Assembly (NCBI RefSeq): GCF_009914755.1
Contig: NC_060928.1
Length of the DNA stretch: 64,000 nucleotides
DNA from: the human T2T-CHM13v2.0 reference genome, Homo sapiens
Reading direction: 5' to 3' (one strand)
Positions 27,697 to 45,408 of the stretch are shown one piece after another. The position numbers were made by a program, and so were the translations under genes. How positions within the stretch are numbered: position 1 is the first letter of the stretch; every line of letters begins with the position of its first letter. Under the pieces are notes generated by a model that was not told the origin of the DNA, searched no databases, and was given only the letters and a program-made list of their open reading frames with translations.

Positions 27697-29209
27697 GCTT
27701 TTCTTGAATTTAAAAACCAGAAAAGCCAGAAAAGTAATATTGATACACTATTATTAATTAATCTAAAGAAATTATTTCAATTTTGTCAATTCCTGCTAAT
27801 ATACTTTTTGGGGGCCAAGATTCAAACTGGACAGAATACATTTAGCGTCGTGTCTCCTGAGTCTCATTTCATCTGGGACAGCTTTTTTTTTTCTCTGTCT
27901 CTCTTTCATGACTGACAGTTTTGAAAATAGTTACTCTGTATAGACAGCCTCTCCATTTGGGGCTGTCTGACATTTTCCTCATGATTAAATCCAGGTTATG
28001 TATTTTTTATAAGAATGCCAGAGACGTGATGTCATGCCTTTCTAAGTGCATTATATCAAGAGACATGATGTTGTTATATCTCATTACTGTTGATGTGAAC
28101 TTTGATCACTAAAACAACACACTGTCTTCTAGATTTCTCCACTACACAGTTGTTCTTATTCAACCAAAGATACTTTTAAATGGTTTCACATGCCTTCTCT
28201 CCTACCTTTCTTTTTTTCCCTCTTTCCCAAATATCATGTGAAGTGGTGATAGTAGAAAATTAGAAAGACACTAATTAAGCTGATGGATTCCCAGTATTAA
28301 TTCTCCAATCCATTTTGTATTTTTCAGACTGTAATAATTAATGACTGCACTAGTGAAAAAGCAAAATGTTTGACTATGACTTTAGAGAATATTGGCATAT
28401 AATCAAAAAGCATCTGAGGTACTATTTGGATATACAAGACAAATCTAATTATTTTCCTTGTTCAGCTTATAAAAAACAAAACAAGCAAAACAGCAAACAA
28501 AAGCAATACTCTGGCTCTAACTGTGAATTAGCATGAATGACTTTATGATTATACATTTTTCTCATGTAAAGAATTTTTGTTTTGATGTCCCTAAATGCTT
28601 CAAAATATATTGCATTCTGTGGTTACTCTGCAAATCTAATAAACAAGAAGCCTTTCCCCTATGACTTCCAAGATACCTTCCTTAATTTTCACCATGGTCA
28701 CGTTAAAACTTATTGCTATTGTATTCTTCACAGAACAAGCATTGTCATTTGCAAACTTTCTGGAAAATGAATTGTCATTTGCAAACTGTTTTGACATGTG
28801 AAAGATGGAGTACATTTTTCCTTATAAATCTTTTTCTTAGGAGAATTTTAGGAGCTGCAGAAGCAGTCTACCTGTGGTAAAGCAAGGAAGATCTATATCC
28901 AAAAATCCCATGTTTGAATCCTGGCCTTACTTCCTACAAACTGCTGTTATACCTCTATCAGCTTTTACAAAGTAGATCATAGAATGCAATATATTTTGAA
29001 ACATTCAACATCATCAAAATATAAGTTCTTTATGCAGAAAATTTAGGCAAATTATTTATCTTTGCCTCCATTTTCTCATACATAAAATTGAGATGATGAT
29101 GGTATTTAACTCATACCGTTTTGTGAGGATAATAAGTTAAATCACGTAAAGTGCTTTAACAGTGCTTGGCATGCAGTAGGTATTCAATAAAATTAACTAA
29201 AAATGCTGT

Positions 29210-29470
29210 CTCTAATAATAGCTTCCATATGTTGAAGACTTCCTCAATGTAAGGTACCATGCTGGGAGTTTTCATGTATTAGGCCATTAATCTTTATTAC
29301 AATCATTAGTTAAAAAGTATTATCCCCGTTTTGTATATGAGAAAATGAAGGCTTACAATAGTCATGTAACTCACCAAACCCCACACAGCTGGTGAAGGAC
29401 TGAGTTGGGATTTGAATCCTGTTCTCTGAGACTCCAAAGTCAATTCTCTTAAGCCCTGTGCTATACTTGC
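29210..29470 (-). mobile_element. MIR SINE (a second, opposite-orientation MIR lies at ~28870-29200)
   Basis: tattatccccgttttgtatatgagaaaatgaaggct...gggatttgaatcctg. Confidence 0.7.
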
Positions 29471-30774
29471 CTTCCTTAGGGTGTGAACCCATAAGAACCC
29501 TTCTCATTTAGAACTTCAAAGAAAACAAACCTAGAGTTGATTATAGTAGCTTTTAAAACTGTAGTTGATTACAAGTTAAAGTATGAATAACTTGCAAGAT
29601 AAATACTACTAGCAGGCAAGCCTGCTCACACTGTCTCAAATAAGCTCTTTATATTCCTGGGTGGATAAGTTGTTTTTGTTTTTGTTTTGTTTGTTTTTTA
29701 CTTTTTACATGAGTAGATTTAATTGGGTAAGGGTTAAAAAGATATAGAGATAAAGTTGAAAATGTCTTCTACATTCCACAGGATTATCATTTTTTTGACA
29801 CTCTGACTTTAAAAATGAGCCCAGGAGGTGGTTTAATTAGCCTATGGACAAGTGACCTTGTGGAACTGTATCTAATTCATACAAGCCTCATGCCATAAGG
29901 CCCTGTTAGCCTTTCCAAGCATTCCACATGTGCATTACACAAAACAATTCCATGTATATCTGGGGGCAGTGGGGGTGGGGAAGAACCAGCAAGTAGAACT
30001 TTTCAAAGATGAACAGAAACTATGGATTTGTCTATGTGTATGTTTGTGTTTGTACACATACGTGTGTATTTGCACATACATGTACATGTCTGGTTGGGTC
30101 ATCTCTTTCTCATCGCAGACCTAGTCTTTAAGGGATACACAGAGAGAAGGTTTCCATGAAATACTCACCACCACCTACAAACATGTAAAATTCTGCCTGA
30201 AGCCTGAGAGCAAATGAACCACTGCCTTTTGGTTCATGTGGGTATGTAGGACATAAGAAATGCTTTCAACCCATGTTACGGAAACCCTTCAATTTGCAGA
30301 TGAAAAATAGGAGGCTCAGGGATGTTTAGAGGCTTGTTAAAATTATTTGGCTAGTAGATTGTCATGCTAAAAATTGAACTCAGTTTTTATTATCACTCTA
30401 ATCATGTGCTTTTCTTACTGAACCATGTTGACATTTTAGTTCAATGGGAAGAACAAAGAACAATGACTTTTAAAACTATAAATCAACAAGAATGTTTGTG
30501 AAATCATGCATTGATGACCAGTGGATTTCTCAATAAAATCAACTATGAATATAATTTTAAAAAGAAGGGCTACAAAATAATGTAGATATTTGTAAGTAAA
30601 ACCTCCCAACCAAAATCACAAAATCATGGCATAGGAAATATGGGCACAATAATATTTTTTTGTTCAGACAAAAATATCTTGGATTATGTACTTTTAAATT
30701 CAAAATTTTTTTACCATTATCTTACCAGTCTTTTTATACAGCTTGTGTTTAGACATAAGCGTGATGTGTGCAGC

Positions 30775-30835
30775 AGTTCATAGAAACCATGTTAGAAAAG
30801 TTCATAGAAACCATGTTAGAAAAGCACATAGAAAC
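30775..30835. repeat. 24-nt tandem duplication, ~2.5 copies
   Basis: agttcatagaaaccatgttagaaa twice, then agcacatagaaac. Confidence 0.92.
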
Positions 30836-31122
30836 ATTATTCAGGATTTTTCTTTTTACATATCTCTTTGGAGTATGACTAATTCTGCACACAACTTCTC
30901 CCCACCTGGCTTCATTTAAATTGCAAATAAATAAAGAACAAGATGATACATTTCCCAAAGTTCATAACATATGCTAGATGACCTGCTAAACATCAAAAGA
31001 TAATGGAAGTAAATATCTATTACTTAAGCTTCAAGCATGTTTTTATTTTGTGTCAAAATATTATCTGATTCCTCAAATACTCGGAGATCTAAAAAAGGTA
31101 CTTAAGAAGCACCACCACCACA

Positions 31123-31221
31123 ATGGTGAACCAACTATCTCTGTCGCCCAGAACTGAGGGTTTTCCTAGGATTCAGGACTTTCAGAGCTAAAATTTAGAC
31201 AGTCTCAGGTCGATCACCCTA
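31123..31221. mobile_element. MER81-like non-autonomous hAT-Blackjack element
   Basis: ggtgaaccaact...actgagggttttcctaggattcaggactttcagagctaaaa...gatcacccta. Confidence 0.65.
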
Positions 31222-33195
31222 CAGTCGTCCTAAATGTGTAGGTTCACAAGCCCTTTAGGAACTGTTGTTGATCCCCTGGACAGCTAATCCAGACCACTCT
31301 TAACGGCACAGTTGGCTCTCATGGAGACCATAAGTTATTTTCCATCTTTCTGGGTCAGGATTTTATGTAATCTGTTAACTGTGAATCTAGTCATTGATTC
31401 TGTACTGGACCTGCCTAAGTGAGTGGCTGTAAGTATGCATGTCTGCATGCTCTAGTTTTGAAAGAAATGGGAAGTAATTCTAAAACAGGAGGCCTAAAAC
31501 AGCTGGAAAAAGTTGTACATCGTTTTCTCATACTTTCTGGTTAGGCTTTCACCAGCAGTAGCAATCATCAGTAGCTTTTTGGCAATTTACTTTCTTCTCT
31601 CCTGAACTACTAGCCTAGTGAATCTCCATGAAACCCTTTCATTTTTCTGATTCTAGAATGCTTTGTTACAGAAAGCAACAGCAAGAGGGAAGTACAGCTT
31701 AGGGAGTAAATGTGGTAAACTGGGGCGTGGAGGTATACAGACTTTCAGGGCCTGACATTTTTAAATACATTGCCAAAGCTGACCAAGCATATTTCCTTTC
31801 CAGCATTAATAATTACTTGGCACTGAAGAAATGCATGCTGATAGAGCACTTTATGGTATGATATTTTATTATCTCTGTCTTGAAAAATTGTAGCCACTGA
31901 TAATCTAATAGAGAGAAGAAACTCACTTCATTAATTTATTATAGCCCAGAATCCTGGGCAGGGCGTTTGATTACGGAGAATATTCCTTTATTTCTGCCAA
32001 ATTAAAAAGCTGGCACAACACAGTAGATGATGTAAAGCTTTTGGCTAAATGCCTTCCAGATTCCATTTTCCAAAAGATCTACCAAGAATTTGCAGTTTAA
32101 GCTTTTCTTACCAATTTTATATTTGCTTGGTTTCTCCTGATTTATTTTTACTTTAATAACAAGCTCACACTGGCTCTATTAGATATTGTTGTCTTTGTCT
32201 ACATGGTGCCATACAGTCAGAGGCCTAGGCCCTGACCCTGTCAGTACTGCTAATCCTTGAGTCTGTGACCTTGTGCATAGCACCTCATCGCACTGGGCTT
32301 CTGTTTCTTTATCTGTGAGATGGAGCATTTGGACTAAGGTCTCCTCCAGGCTTAATATCTTATGATTCATTTTGGATTAAAAGTTGAGGAAAAATAAGTA
32401 TGACGTATTTTTTTCAGAGACTTTAACAAAAGGAACATATCTAAGTTTTGTTAAATTCCAATTAAAGAATGAGTTATCTGATCCAGTCTTCAGTTTGCAG
32501 TGTACAGTATTTAGAGCCCAGGAGCTATTATGATGGATGCTACAGAAATGCTTATTGTATTCACAGACTATTCCTGATGGAAACAAAACATCTGGAGGAT
32601 TTCTGCAAGGCGAGGATTCACTCATAAATGACCCTTTTGCTTTTGGACAGGGTTGTACATTATTTTGTCTGCCCTACTTTGAGAGAGTTTCACCATCTGT
32701 CTAATGTTAGCAATTATTTGTTTTCCTAATTAATTGATAGAATCTGTTTTTTTAAAAAATATAATTGCATCATGTCAATTTAAGAAAAAGGAAGTGGCTA
32801 CATGCTGTTGTACATGGTGCATGAAAATGGAATCAGAAAAGCAGTATGTTAGGGCTGATAGGGGCCTTAGAGATCAATTATTCCAACTCCCTCATTTTGT
32901 AGATGAGGAAAAACACTCAGCTCATTGTTAGCAAAGCAGGAAACCTGTATCTTTTGATTCCTATCGTATCTTTCTCATTCATGGTAGTACATTTCTTGTG
33001 ATATTTAAAATTCTTCAATTTCAAAATGAGAGTGAAACTAGAAAAATCACTTTATTGCACAGAGAAGTTTCATGGGGTCACAGCTGAGAAGCCAATCATT
33101 TTACAAGGTTTATAACAACAACAAAAAAAGTTGTCTCTTTTTTTATCCCAACTTTTGAATTCTTATTGTCATAATTTACTTTTTGATATTGCCTC

Positions 33196-36960
<3,765 letters not shown>

Positions 36961-37550
36961 AATCCTCTCTTTTTCTACTTTTTACTTATATTGTGATGCC
37001 ACAAAAGCACACACATTCAATTCTTTAGCTGTTCTTTTTGCTATTTGCTTTCACAATGGTAAATAAATATTTTATAGTATTGGCCCTTGATTATTAGTTG
37101 TCTCTCTGGTGTTTGAATTCTCTGTTTCCTGGGTCCCATGTCCTACTGCCTCCTAGTTTACTTTTGTATTTGGATGTCTGCTTGCTTTATTAACAGCCTG
37201 ATAAAGGGTGCAAAGAACATAGAATATTTTGAAAAACATAAGACTGAAAATACATTCTGAGCTCACCTTTGCTTGATAGTTTGGCTGAACATAAAAATCT
37301 AGTTTGGAAATCTTTTTTGCCTAGAAATTTTATGACATTTTCCCCATTGTCTTCTACCTTCTGGTGGTCTTCCAGATTTCACTGTGAAATGCTGTGGTTT
37401 GTATCTTTACTTGTCACTTTTACTGCACACTCAGTTGAATACTCTCAATATTAAAGCTCATGCCCTCCAGTTTGGGCATATTTTGATGAATTATTTTGTG
37501 AAAATTCCTTGCCTTTTCCAACTTCTAGAAGCTGCCTCTACACTTTGATT
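36961..37550 (-). mobile_element. Old L1M fragment next to the L1PA
   Basis: gatagtttggctgaacataaaaatctagtttggaaatctttt...ccattgtcttct resembles antisense L1M ORF1-region text. Confidence 0.55.
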
Positions 37551-37769
37551 CTTTGGCTCTTTTCTTTTTTTCTCCACCTTCAAAGCCAGCAGCATAGCAC
37601 TTCCAAATTTCTCTCTGCTTCTGCCCTAGTACTAATATTAAGTGAGGTCTCCTTGTTTCAAAGAAAATGGATGTCAATAAAGCACTGATGCATCAGCAAA
37701 TAGTTTTAAACTCCCTGGATGTATATCTAGTCTTCCAGAATACCTCTCTTCTCTACTAGAGTTTAGATT

Positions 37770-38220
37770 TATTCATTTACTCATCACTCAATCATTTAAA
37801 AAACATTTTCTAAGAAACTGCTTTGCCTTTGGGACTGCCCTAGGCACTGGAATATAATAGTGAGCATGACATTGTTTGAACTTTTAAAGCAGCTTACAGT
37901 TAAATAGGTGAAACAAACCAATATACAAGGACTTGCCATATATAACAAATACTTTTGTAGAGCTAAGTATAGAATGTAAAAGAAAGGAAATAGCTCAGTC
38001 TTGGAGGGGGAAAGGAGATTTCTCAGTGACCTGGGACACTTGAAGAATAAGTAGGAGTCATCCAAAGAAAGAACAGGCAAAGCTATTGATATAGCATGTA
38101 CAAAGACCCAGAAGTGAAAGAAGGTATAGTATTTTCAGAGAAATTACTCATGTAATCTGAGACTTAGACAAGTAGAGACAGAGATGAATCTGGAGAGGCA
38201 AAGTAATGAAGGACCTTATG
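37770..38220 (-). mobile_element. L2 3' end
   Basis: attcatttactcatcactcaatcattt...ctaggcactggaatataatagtgag followed by a purine-rich body. Confidence 0.6.
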
Positions 38221-38223
38221 AAT

Positions 38224-38690
38224 TGGGTGACCATAGAATATACTATCCAAACCTATACACTTTTGAAAATGAAAGAGATACCCGGGTGCAGTGGCTCATG
38301 CCTGTAATCCCAGCACTTTGGGAGGCCAAGCAAGACAGGCCGATCATCTGAGGTCAGGAGTTTGAGACCAGCCTGACCAACATGGTGAAACCCCATCACT
38401 ACTAACATTACAAAATTAGCCAGGCATGGTAGCTCACACCTGTATTCCCAGCTACTCAGGAGGCTGAGGTAGTAGAATCGCTTGAACCCGGGAAGTGGAA
38501 GTTGCAGTGAGCCAAGATTGTGCCATTGCACTCTAGCCTGGGTGGCAGAGCGAAACTCTGTCTCAAAAAAAAAAAAAAAAAAAAAAAACAGTGAAAGAGA
38601 TTATATTAATAATTGTCACATAAGGAAGCAAATTGGGAATTGCAACAAATTGGGACTGTCCTAGGCAAGCCAAGACATATGACTACCCTA
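38224..38690. mobile_element. MER94-like hAT-Blackjack element interrupted by an Alu
   Basis: Ends gggtgaccatag... and ...gggactgtcctaggcaagccaagacatatgactacccta form degenerate terminal inverted repeats around the Alu. Confidence 0.7.
38280..38588 (+). mobile_element. AluS
   Basis: Dimer with long poly(A); TSD tgaaagagat on both sides. Confidence 0.96.
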
Positions 38691-39561
38691 CCTATAAACC
38701 ATGTAAATCTTTTCTTTATCCTGTTGAAGATACTGAGGAAAATGGAAAGATCTTCAGTAAGAGGGTGGGAAGGTGACATAGTTAGACATTCATTTAACAA
38801 ATATTACTTTTGCTGTGGTATGGATTGCTTGCAGATTGGGAAGTGGGTATGCAAAAGGAGAAAAAGAAAAAAGGAAACTGATACATGTGTTGCAATAATT
38901 CAGGTAAGCAATTAGGCTTCTTCTAAACTAGCAATGTAGTAATGGAGGTGGCAAAAAGCTGATGAATTCTATACATATTTAGGAAGTAGAATTAATTAGA
39001 TGTGCTGATTGAGTATAGTGAAGAAATAAGTTGCAAACACCAAGCACAGTTTCCATGTTTTCACCTTGTGCAAATCGATTGGACTATAGGATCCAACACA
39101 TAATAGAGCATCCCCTGATGGTGTTGCTTATAAGTGACCTGCACTGTGTTTTGTGTATAGGTTTTTTGAGGGCCAGGGTAGTGGAGTTTTTTCTGTTGTT
39201 GTTCCAAAGTATTAAACTAAGCTCTAAATGATCTGAGCCGTCACAGCGAATGGCTACAGTGAGTGCTGGAATGGGAAAGACAAAGACCAAATCCAATTGG
39301 TGGACTGCAAAGCCCATGAAGAACACTAAAAATAAGGGCATGCAGCAGCAGCAGTGTGTATGGTCACAGGCTGGTTTCTAGAATATCAAAGGAGCAACAC
39401 TGAAGTCTATGTGAATAAAGGCTGTACGTTCATTTCCCTGGCATGGGGACACTTCAGGTAATTTGAGCAAAATCTTAGACAACATATACTGAAGTCCCTT
39501 AAGAAAGCCCAAAGTGTTTTATTCTGTTACCACTTCCTCTCTTAAAAATTAAAGACACCTG

Positions 39562-39855
<294 letters not shown>

Positions 39856-40784
39856 TCAAGAAACCATAACAATGAAAAAAATTAAAAATCAGAGTGAAGG
39901 GCGCAGTCAACCACAGCTGATCATCATGAGCCTCCAATGAGGTTGAGGCAGACAATACAGAGTTAAAAATCATAAACAGAGAATTGTGGCCAGATTGCCT
40001 CAGAAGCCAGGACCTGCAGGGGTAAAATAGGAGCCAGCAGGGACAAAAAAATTGGGCAGCATTCATCATGAAATCAGTCTAGGTGATAGGGTGCCACAGG
40101 CTGATACCAGCCCAAAGCCAAGGAAACAGAATTTGGAAGCTTAACAATGTTACTTAAGTAATTCATACAGTGTGGTAAAACCAAGATAGGAACACTGTGC
40201 TTCATTCTTGGTTCTCCAACCCATCTCTGAAGCCCTACTCTTCAGAGCAAGAAGACTGCATTGCGGCAGCCTGTCTCCCAACACCTCCATGTTTTTGGCT
40301 TCATGCCATATAAACATAGAACTGGCAGTGCCTGCAGCACCCAACATTTCCAAATTCTCATTTCATTTCCTGTAACACGACTGCTCCTCCTATATGAACC
40401 ATCTTATCCTGCTGTCTTGTCTGTTTCCATGTTTTCAGCACTTTACCTCTTTCACACGTATGATCTTATTGGATGTGACACATAGTGGTTATGAGACCTG
40501 CCTCTGCTAGCAGAAAGGCTTCGTTTTTAAATCCCATTCCAATATTTCATGTTTGATCTTGGGCAAGTTACTTAATCTCTTTGTAAGTCAGTTTCTTCCT
40601 TTGTGGAAAAAAAAAAAGAGGTAACAATAGTACCAAAGAAAGTGTGTAGTTTTGAAGAAAAAAAATGTGTGAAAAGCACATAGTGCAGTGCCTACTACAT
40701 AGTATGCACTCCAAAATATTAGTAATCATTATTATTACTATTATTAAGCCTCACAATTTTTGATGGTAGACAATATTAATACAA

Positions 40785-40786
<2 letters not shown>

Positions 40787-40833
<47 letters not shown>
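40787..40833. repeat. (CA)n(TA)n microsatellite
   Basis: Seen directly. Confidence 0.97.
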
Positions 40834-41056
40834 CCTACTCATATACAAAAAGATTTTTAAAGGTAAAATGACTTGCTCAAGATATACACCTATAACTCAC
40901 AGAGCTTCAATCCACAGCTTTCGGCCTCAGAATCAGTGTCTCACTGGACAAACCTGGACAGAGAACTCAAATTCAGGGAAACTATTCAGATCATCTGTCA
41001 GGATTCAATCTAACAGAGCCATCAAAGCAGGTAACTCTAGTAAAATGGGCCATACT

Positions 41057-41314
41057 AGAGTGCAGTGGTGCAGTCTTGGCTAACTGCAACCTCTGCCTCC
41101 TAGGTTCAAGTGATTCTCATGTCCAGCTTCCCAAGTAGCTGGGATTATAGGCATGTGCCACCATGCCCAGCTAATTTTGGTATTTTATGTAGAGATGGGG
41201 GCCACACTGGTCTCAAACTCCTGGCCTCAAGTGATCCGCCCACCTCGGCCTCCCAAAGTACTGGGATTACAGGTGTGAGCTACCGTGCCCAGCCTGCTAG
41301 TGTTCTTAGTAGCT
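41057..41314 (-). mobile_element. Older Alu (J/S) lacking its tail
   Basis: tagagtgcagtggtgcagtcttggc ... gggattacaggtgtgagctaccgtgcccagcc. Confidence 0.92.
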
Positions 41315-41445
41315 AAGGTCGGCAGCACAGTGGTCCCTTTTTCAAGACACCCAAGTTAGTTTCAAGTTGTTTATTTGTCATCTCATCCTGAAAATTGGAA
41401 GGAATACACTAAGTAGAGGTTTAACCAAACCAGTTACACCTAGTT

Positions 41446-41975
41446 GTATGTATTGCCCAGGCTATATATTGTTGTGTAAAAAAGCCATCCTAAAACTCAG
41501 TGGATTAAAACCATGACAGTGATTGAGTTTTACTCATAATCATGCAATTTGAGCAGGATTTAGCAGGGGAGGCTCATCTTTGCTCCAGCTGACTTCAGTT
41601 AGGGCAGCTCAAAAGAGAACTGGAGGATTACACTTTAAAAATGGATTATTCCCATGTCTGGCAATTGGAGGTCTGGGCTGAGGTCAGCTGGGACTGTGAA
41701 CCAGGGACTCTATTTCTCTCCATGTGGTGAGGCTGTACCTTTTCCTGGACTACCTCACAGCATGGTGGCTGGGTTCTAAGGGTGAACATTCAGAGAGAGG
41801 GAGACCAGGCAAAATTGTATCATTTCTGTGACCTAGTTGCAGAAGTCATATTGAGGCACTTGTGCCCTTTTTTTAGTCAAGGTGATCACAAAGGTCCACC
41901 CTTTCTCAAGGAGAGAGAACATAAATATTTGCTATTGGTGGGAAGTAGCAAGGCTCTGGAAGAGCATGTTGAAGG
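41446..41975 (-). mobile_element. MLT1-type (MLT1F/G-like) LTR
   Basis: ccatcctaaaactcagtggattaaaac ... tctctccatgtgg ... cctcacagcatggtggctgggttc ... tgacctagttgcagaagtca. Confidence 0.7.
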
Positions 41976-41994
41976 AGAAGTAGAGGGCATGGGA

Positions 41995-42240
41995 AATATA
42001 CATATGCATACACACAGATATAAATATGTAAATATATATTTCACATGCATATATATATTTACTTATGTATATATATATGCCTATTTCATATTTAAATATA
42101 TTTCATGTTCATATATGTATATACATATATGTGTGTATATATGTATGTATACATATATGTATATGTGTATATACGTATATATACACACATATATGTGTAT
42201 ACATCTATATACATACACATATACATATATGTATATATAA
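41995..42240. repeat. Degenerate TA/TG/CA low-complexity repeat
   Basis: Seen directly; source of spurious Y/I/M/C-rich ORFs. Confidence 0.93.
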
Positions 42241-42289
42241 CCTATTTGAGCTATGTAAAATGACAACCCCAGTCTGGCACTGCCTATTC

Positions 42290-42482
42290 CTTTTTTTGTC
42301 CACAGCAACTATAATCACCTGGCCTGTTATATATTTGTTTATCATCTATCTGCCCTCCACTAGAATGAATTACCACAGAGGCAGGAACTTTATCATATTT
42401 TATATACTGCTATATCCTTATTACCAAGAGCATTGCCTGGCACATAGTAGGTGCCCAATTTATTTGTTGAATGAATGAATGT
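42290..42482 (+). mobile_element. L2 3' end
   Basis: gcctggcacatagtaggtgcccaatttatttgttgaatgaatgaat. Confidence 0.8.
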
Positions 42483-43879
42483 ATGTGTGAATAGATACAA
42501 CCTATAATATCTAGGACTATAAATTCACCAGCATAAATGCTGGCTCTCAGGCTAGACTCTGAGGCATCAGGTAAATGAGGGGTTCATGACATTCTCTTCC
42601 ATACATAGCACAATTTGCACATGACAAAGAAAGAATGTCACTGAGACTCCTGACATCTGCATTTCCAATCACGTCAAAAATATAACTTCTATAACCACTT
42701 TTCTTCTGCATTTTATTTATTTTTTCATCGACCAGCCATTGCTAGGATCTTTGGCAGAGAGAATTTTTGGATGGCAGCTGTGAAGTATTATGAAAAACTC
42801 AGTGCCAGATGTAAGGATTTTATTTGCCTTCCACAAGATGGAATCTGTGAAGCCTCATAAAGTCATAGTTAATAAGTTGCCTGCTTTGCCTTAAGGTGGT
42901 TTTAGTAGCTCATAATAGCATTTATTTCAGAAAGTATGAGAGTTGTTACTCCCAAATATCTTTTGGCACATTAAGGGTCAAGTAAAAATCATGAGAAAAT
43001 ACCTTGTGTGGCTTTAGAAAAATTAAAGCCCTCACAGCATAGAAAGCAATAAAAGATTATTATGTGCCTTTTGTCAGGTATGAGATACATTATATGAATC
43101 CCTGTGACAAGTACCTCCACTGCTTTAGTTGTAAATACCTTATATTGAATGCTACGTGTAATATTCAGCAGATCCTTGACACTAATATGTGATCTCCTAC
43201 ATAGACATCATTTTGGCTCTGATAAAACACTACCTAATAGCTAGAGTGGGAATAAAAAAATTAGAAAAGTCATGAATTACACAATGTTTCTGTGGCACGG
43301 CATTTAAAAAATCTTAAATTTTGATTATAGAAGAAGCCAAAAGAATAATATTAAATGCTAAAATAGATGTTCAATGGTCTCTGGGGAAAAGAAAACTTCT
43401 CTGTTCTTAAAATGTTATCAAGAATATTTCTATTGAAGTCTTAAAAAGAGGCTTTTGTATAAGAATTTCAACATGACAATAATCTATGAATTCTCTTAAT
43501 TTTTTTCTGTTATCAACATCAATCTGTGATCATGTATAAGCATATGATAAATGATTAAAAAATTATAAAATAAATGCATGAACAAAGAAGATGCTACTTG
43601 TTAACCATCAATAGGACATGTTTTTCAATCCATTTTTAAGAAGTGGTTATGGATATGAATCATTAATTCCAAAGGTTCTGTGAACTAGCAGAAAAGAGAG
43701 ATGTAAACCTTGCCCTTGAAAACTTTATACTTCACAGTTGGTTCTAGTGGACACAGTGTGGGAGAACAGCTAAGAAGGATGGAAAGAACTGGTTAGCGCA
43801 TTGTTAGATTGTTTTCATTCATGGAAAATAGACATCATTGGTTGAAACATCAGTAAATGAGTTCGCTAACACCATTATT

Positions 43880-44150
43880 ATTATTTGCATTATGATAGAA
43901 AATATTTATTGAGCATTTACAATGAGCAAGGAATATATTAAGTGCTTTATATATATTAATGCATTCACTCATGACAACATTCTTTTTCTTTTGAGGCAGG
44001 TACTGTTAATACCCCATTTTACAGATAAGCAAACTGAGGGACAGATAATTTAAGTGTTTGCACAATGTCACAGAATTAACCAATTGCACTGTCAGGAATT
44101 AAACTTGGCTGCTGGCTCCAGAATTCATTCTCTCAACCACACTGTTGTAT
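43880..44150 (-). mobile_element. MIR SINE
   Basis: atttattgagcatttac...ccccattttacagataagcaaactgagggacaga. Confidence 0.8.
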
Positions 44151-44544
44151 TTCTTCAAAAAGGCACAATATTGCGTATAAAGAAAAAATTTAAGTAAGTT
44201 TTAATTGAGTATATAATAATGGAAATCTGGAATGCCATCAGGTATTGGGGCACAAGAACTACAATGCAGTTTCAGAGATTAGCATACACTACTACACTTT
44301 ACCTGCACACGAAATGGCTTTTCCCCCATTGTATAATACTAATGATATCTAATCTATGCCAAGAACTAGTTCATCTAATCCTTGAAACAACCCAAAGAAA
44401 CAGATGAAAACTAGTTCTGAGAAAGATTAAATAACTTGTTCATCATCAGTCATCAGGAGCCACTTTGAATTTAGGATATCTGACCTTAAGTATTTGTTTT
44501 TAATCTCTGTTCTCATGTTTCTCCCTCATGGATGCACAGTAGAA

Positions 44545-44692
44545 TTCCCAGCAGAGTTATTAATAAATGCCAGTGACTGGGTCCCACTTCTAGAGATTCT
44601 AACTTAATTGGTTTTGAGTGGGGCTTGGGAATAGGTAGTTTATAAAAGCTCCCCACATAAATTTAATGTGCATTCAGGGCAAAGAACCACTA
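44545..44692. mobile_element. MER5A-like hAT-Charlie element
   Basis: gggtcccacttctagagattctaacttaattggttttgagtggggcttgggaat...aagctcccc...agaaccact. Confidence 0.7.
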
Positions 44693-45271
44693 CACTATCT
44701 GATGCTGTTCCTCATCTTAAAATTGTCTTTGGTATCAACCTCCTAAAGCACCACAATCTAGATTATTCTTTCCAGGATGGTGTAAAGTATGAACAGAAAA
44801 CTTAAGTGATTGGAAACCTTACATGTTTTCTTATTTGGGGGGTTTTAAGACACAAGGCATGGATGTTAAATGTGAAATAGCTTTCTTTACCCATTCACAA
44901 ACAATTAGATAGTTCTGGATAGGATTTCATAATTTTTAATTCCATTTTTTTCTCACCTTCATGACAGACAATCTTTCATAAGATACGATCTATTTAATTT
45001 GCTGGCCCTTACTGTAATTTTATCTTTAGTAAACCTGGCCCACACTTGTTTAGCTAGTGCAGTTCTGATTCACAAAAGTATAACATAGGGGTAACTGGAA
45101 TCATGCCACATGTGTCTCATCAATCTACAGTGTGGATGGCAATGAAGATTTGTCAACTTGTTATGTAAAAGAACATCTTTCTGTGGCCTGTATTTATTTT
45201 TTTAAAGTAAAAAAAAAGAAAGGAAGCATTGAGCTAGTGAGCAAGTCAGAAAAAGAATACTATCTTAATGG

Positions 45272-45373
45272 TAAATATATATATATATAAAATATATAAT
45301 TTTATATATATATAAATATATATATAATATATTTATATATATATAAATATATATTTTATATATATATAAAAAA

Positions 45374-45404
<31 letters not shown>

Positions 45405-45408
45405 AAAT
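45272..45408. repeat. Pure AT low-complexity/(TA)n tract
   Basis: About 135 nt without G or C. Confidence 0.97.

Noticed and set aside
28815-28885. Possible cryptic exon (tttttcttag|gag...gtg|gtaaag); similar acceptor-like sites near 26734 and 50484
   Set aside because: Weak or missing donors and no coding signal; such motifs are common in AT-rich introns.
38890-38912. cag|gtaagc as a recursive splice site in the long intron
   Set aside because: No polypyrimidine tract upstream; the motif is expected by chance.
41782-42478. 152-aa and 137-aa ORFs, also 24931-25324, 45265-45522 and 60275-60524
   Set aside because: Open only because they cross dinucleotide repeats.
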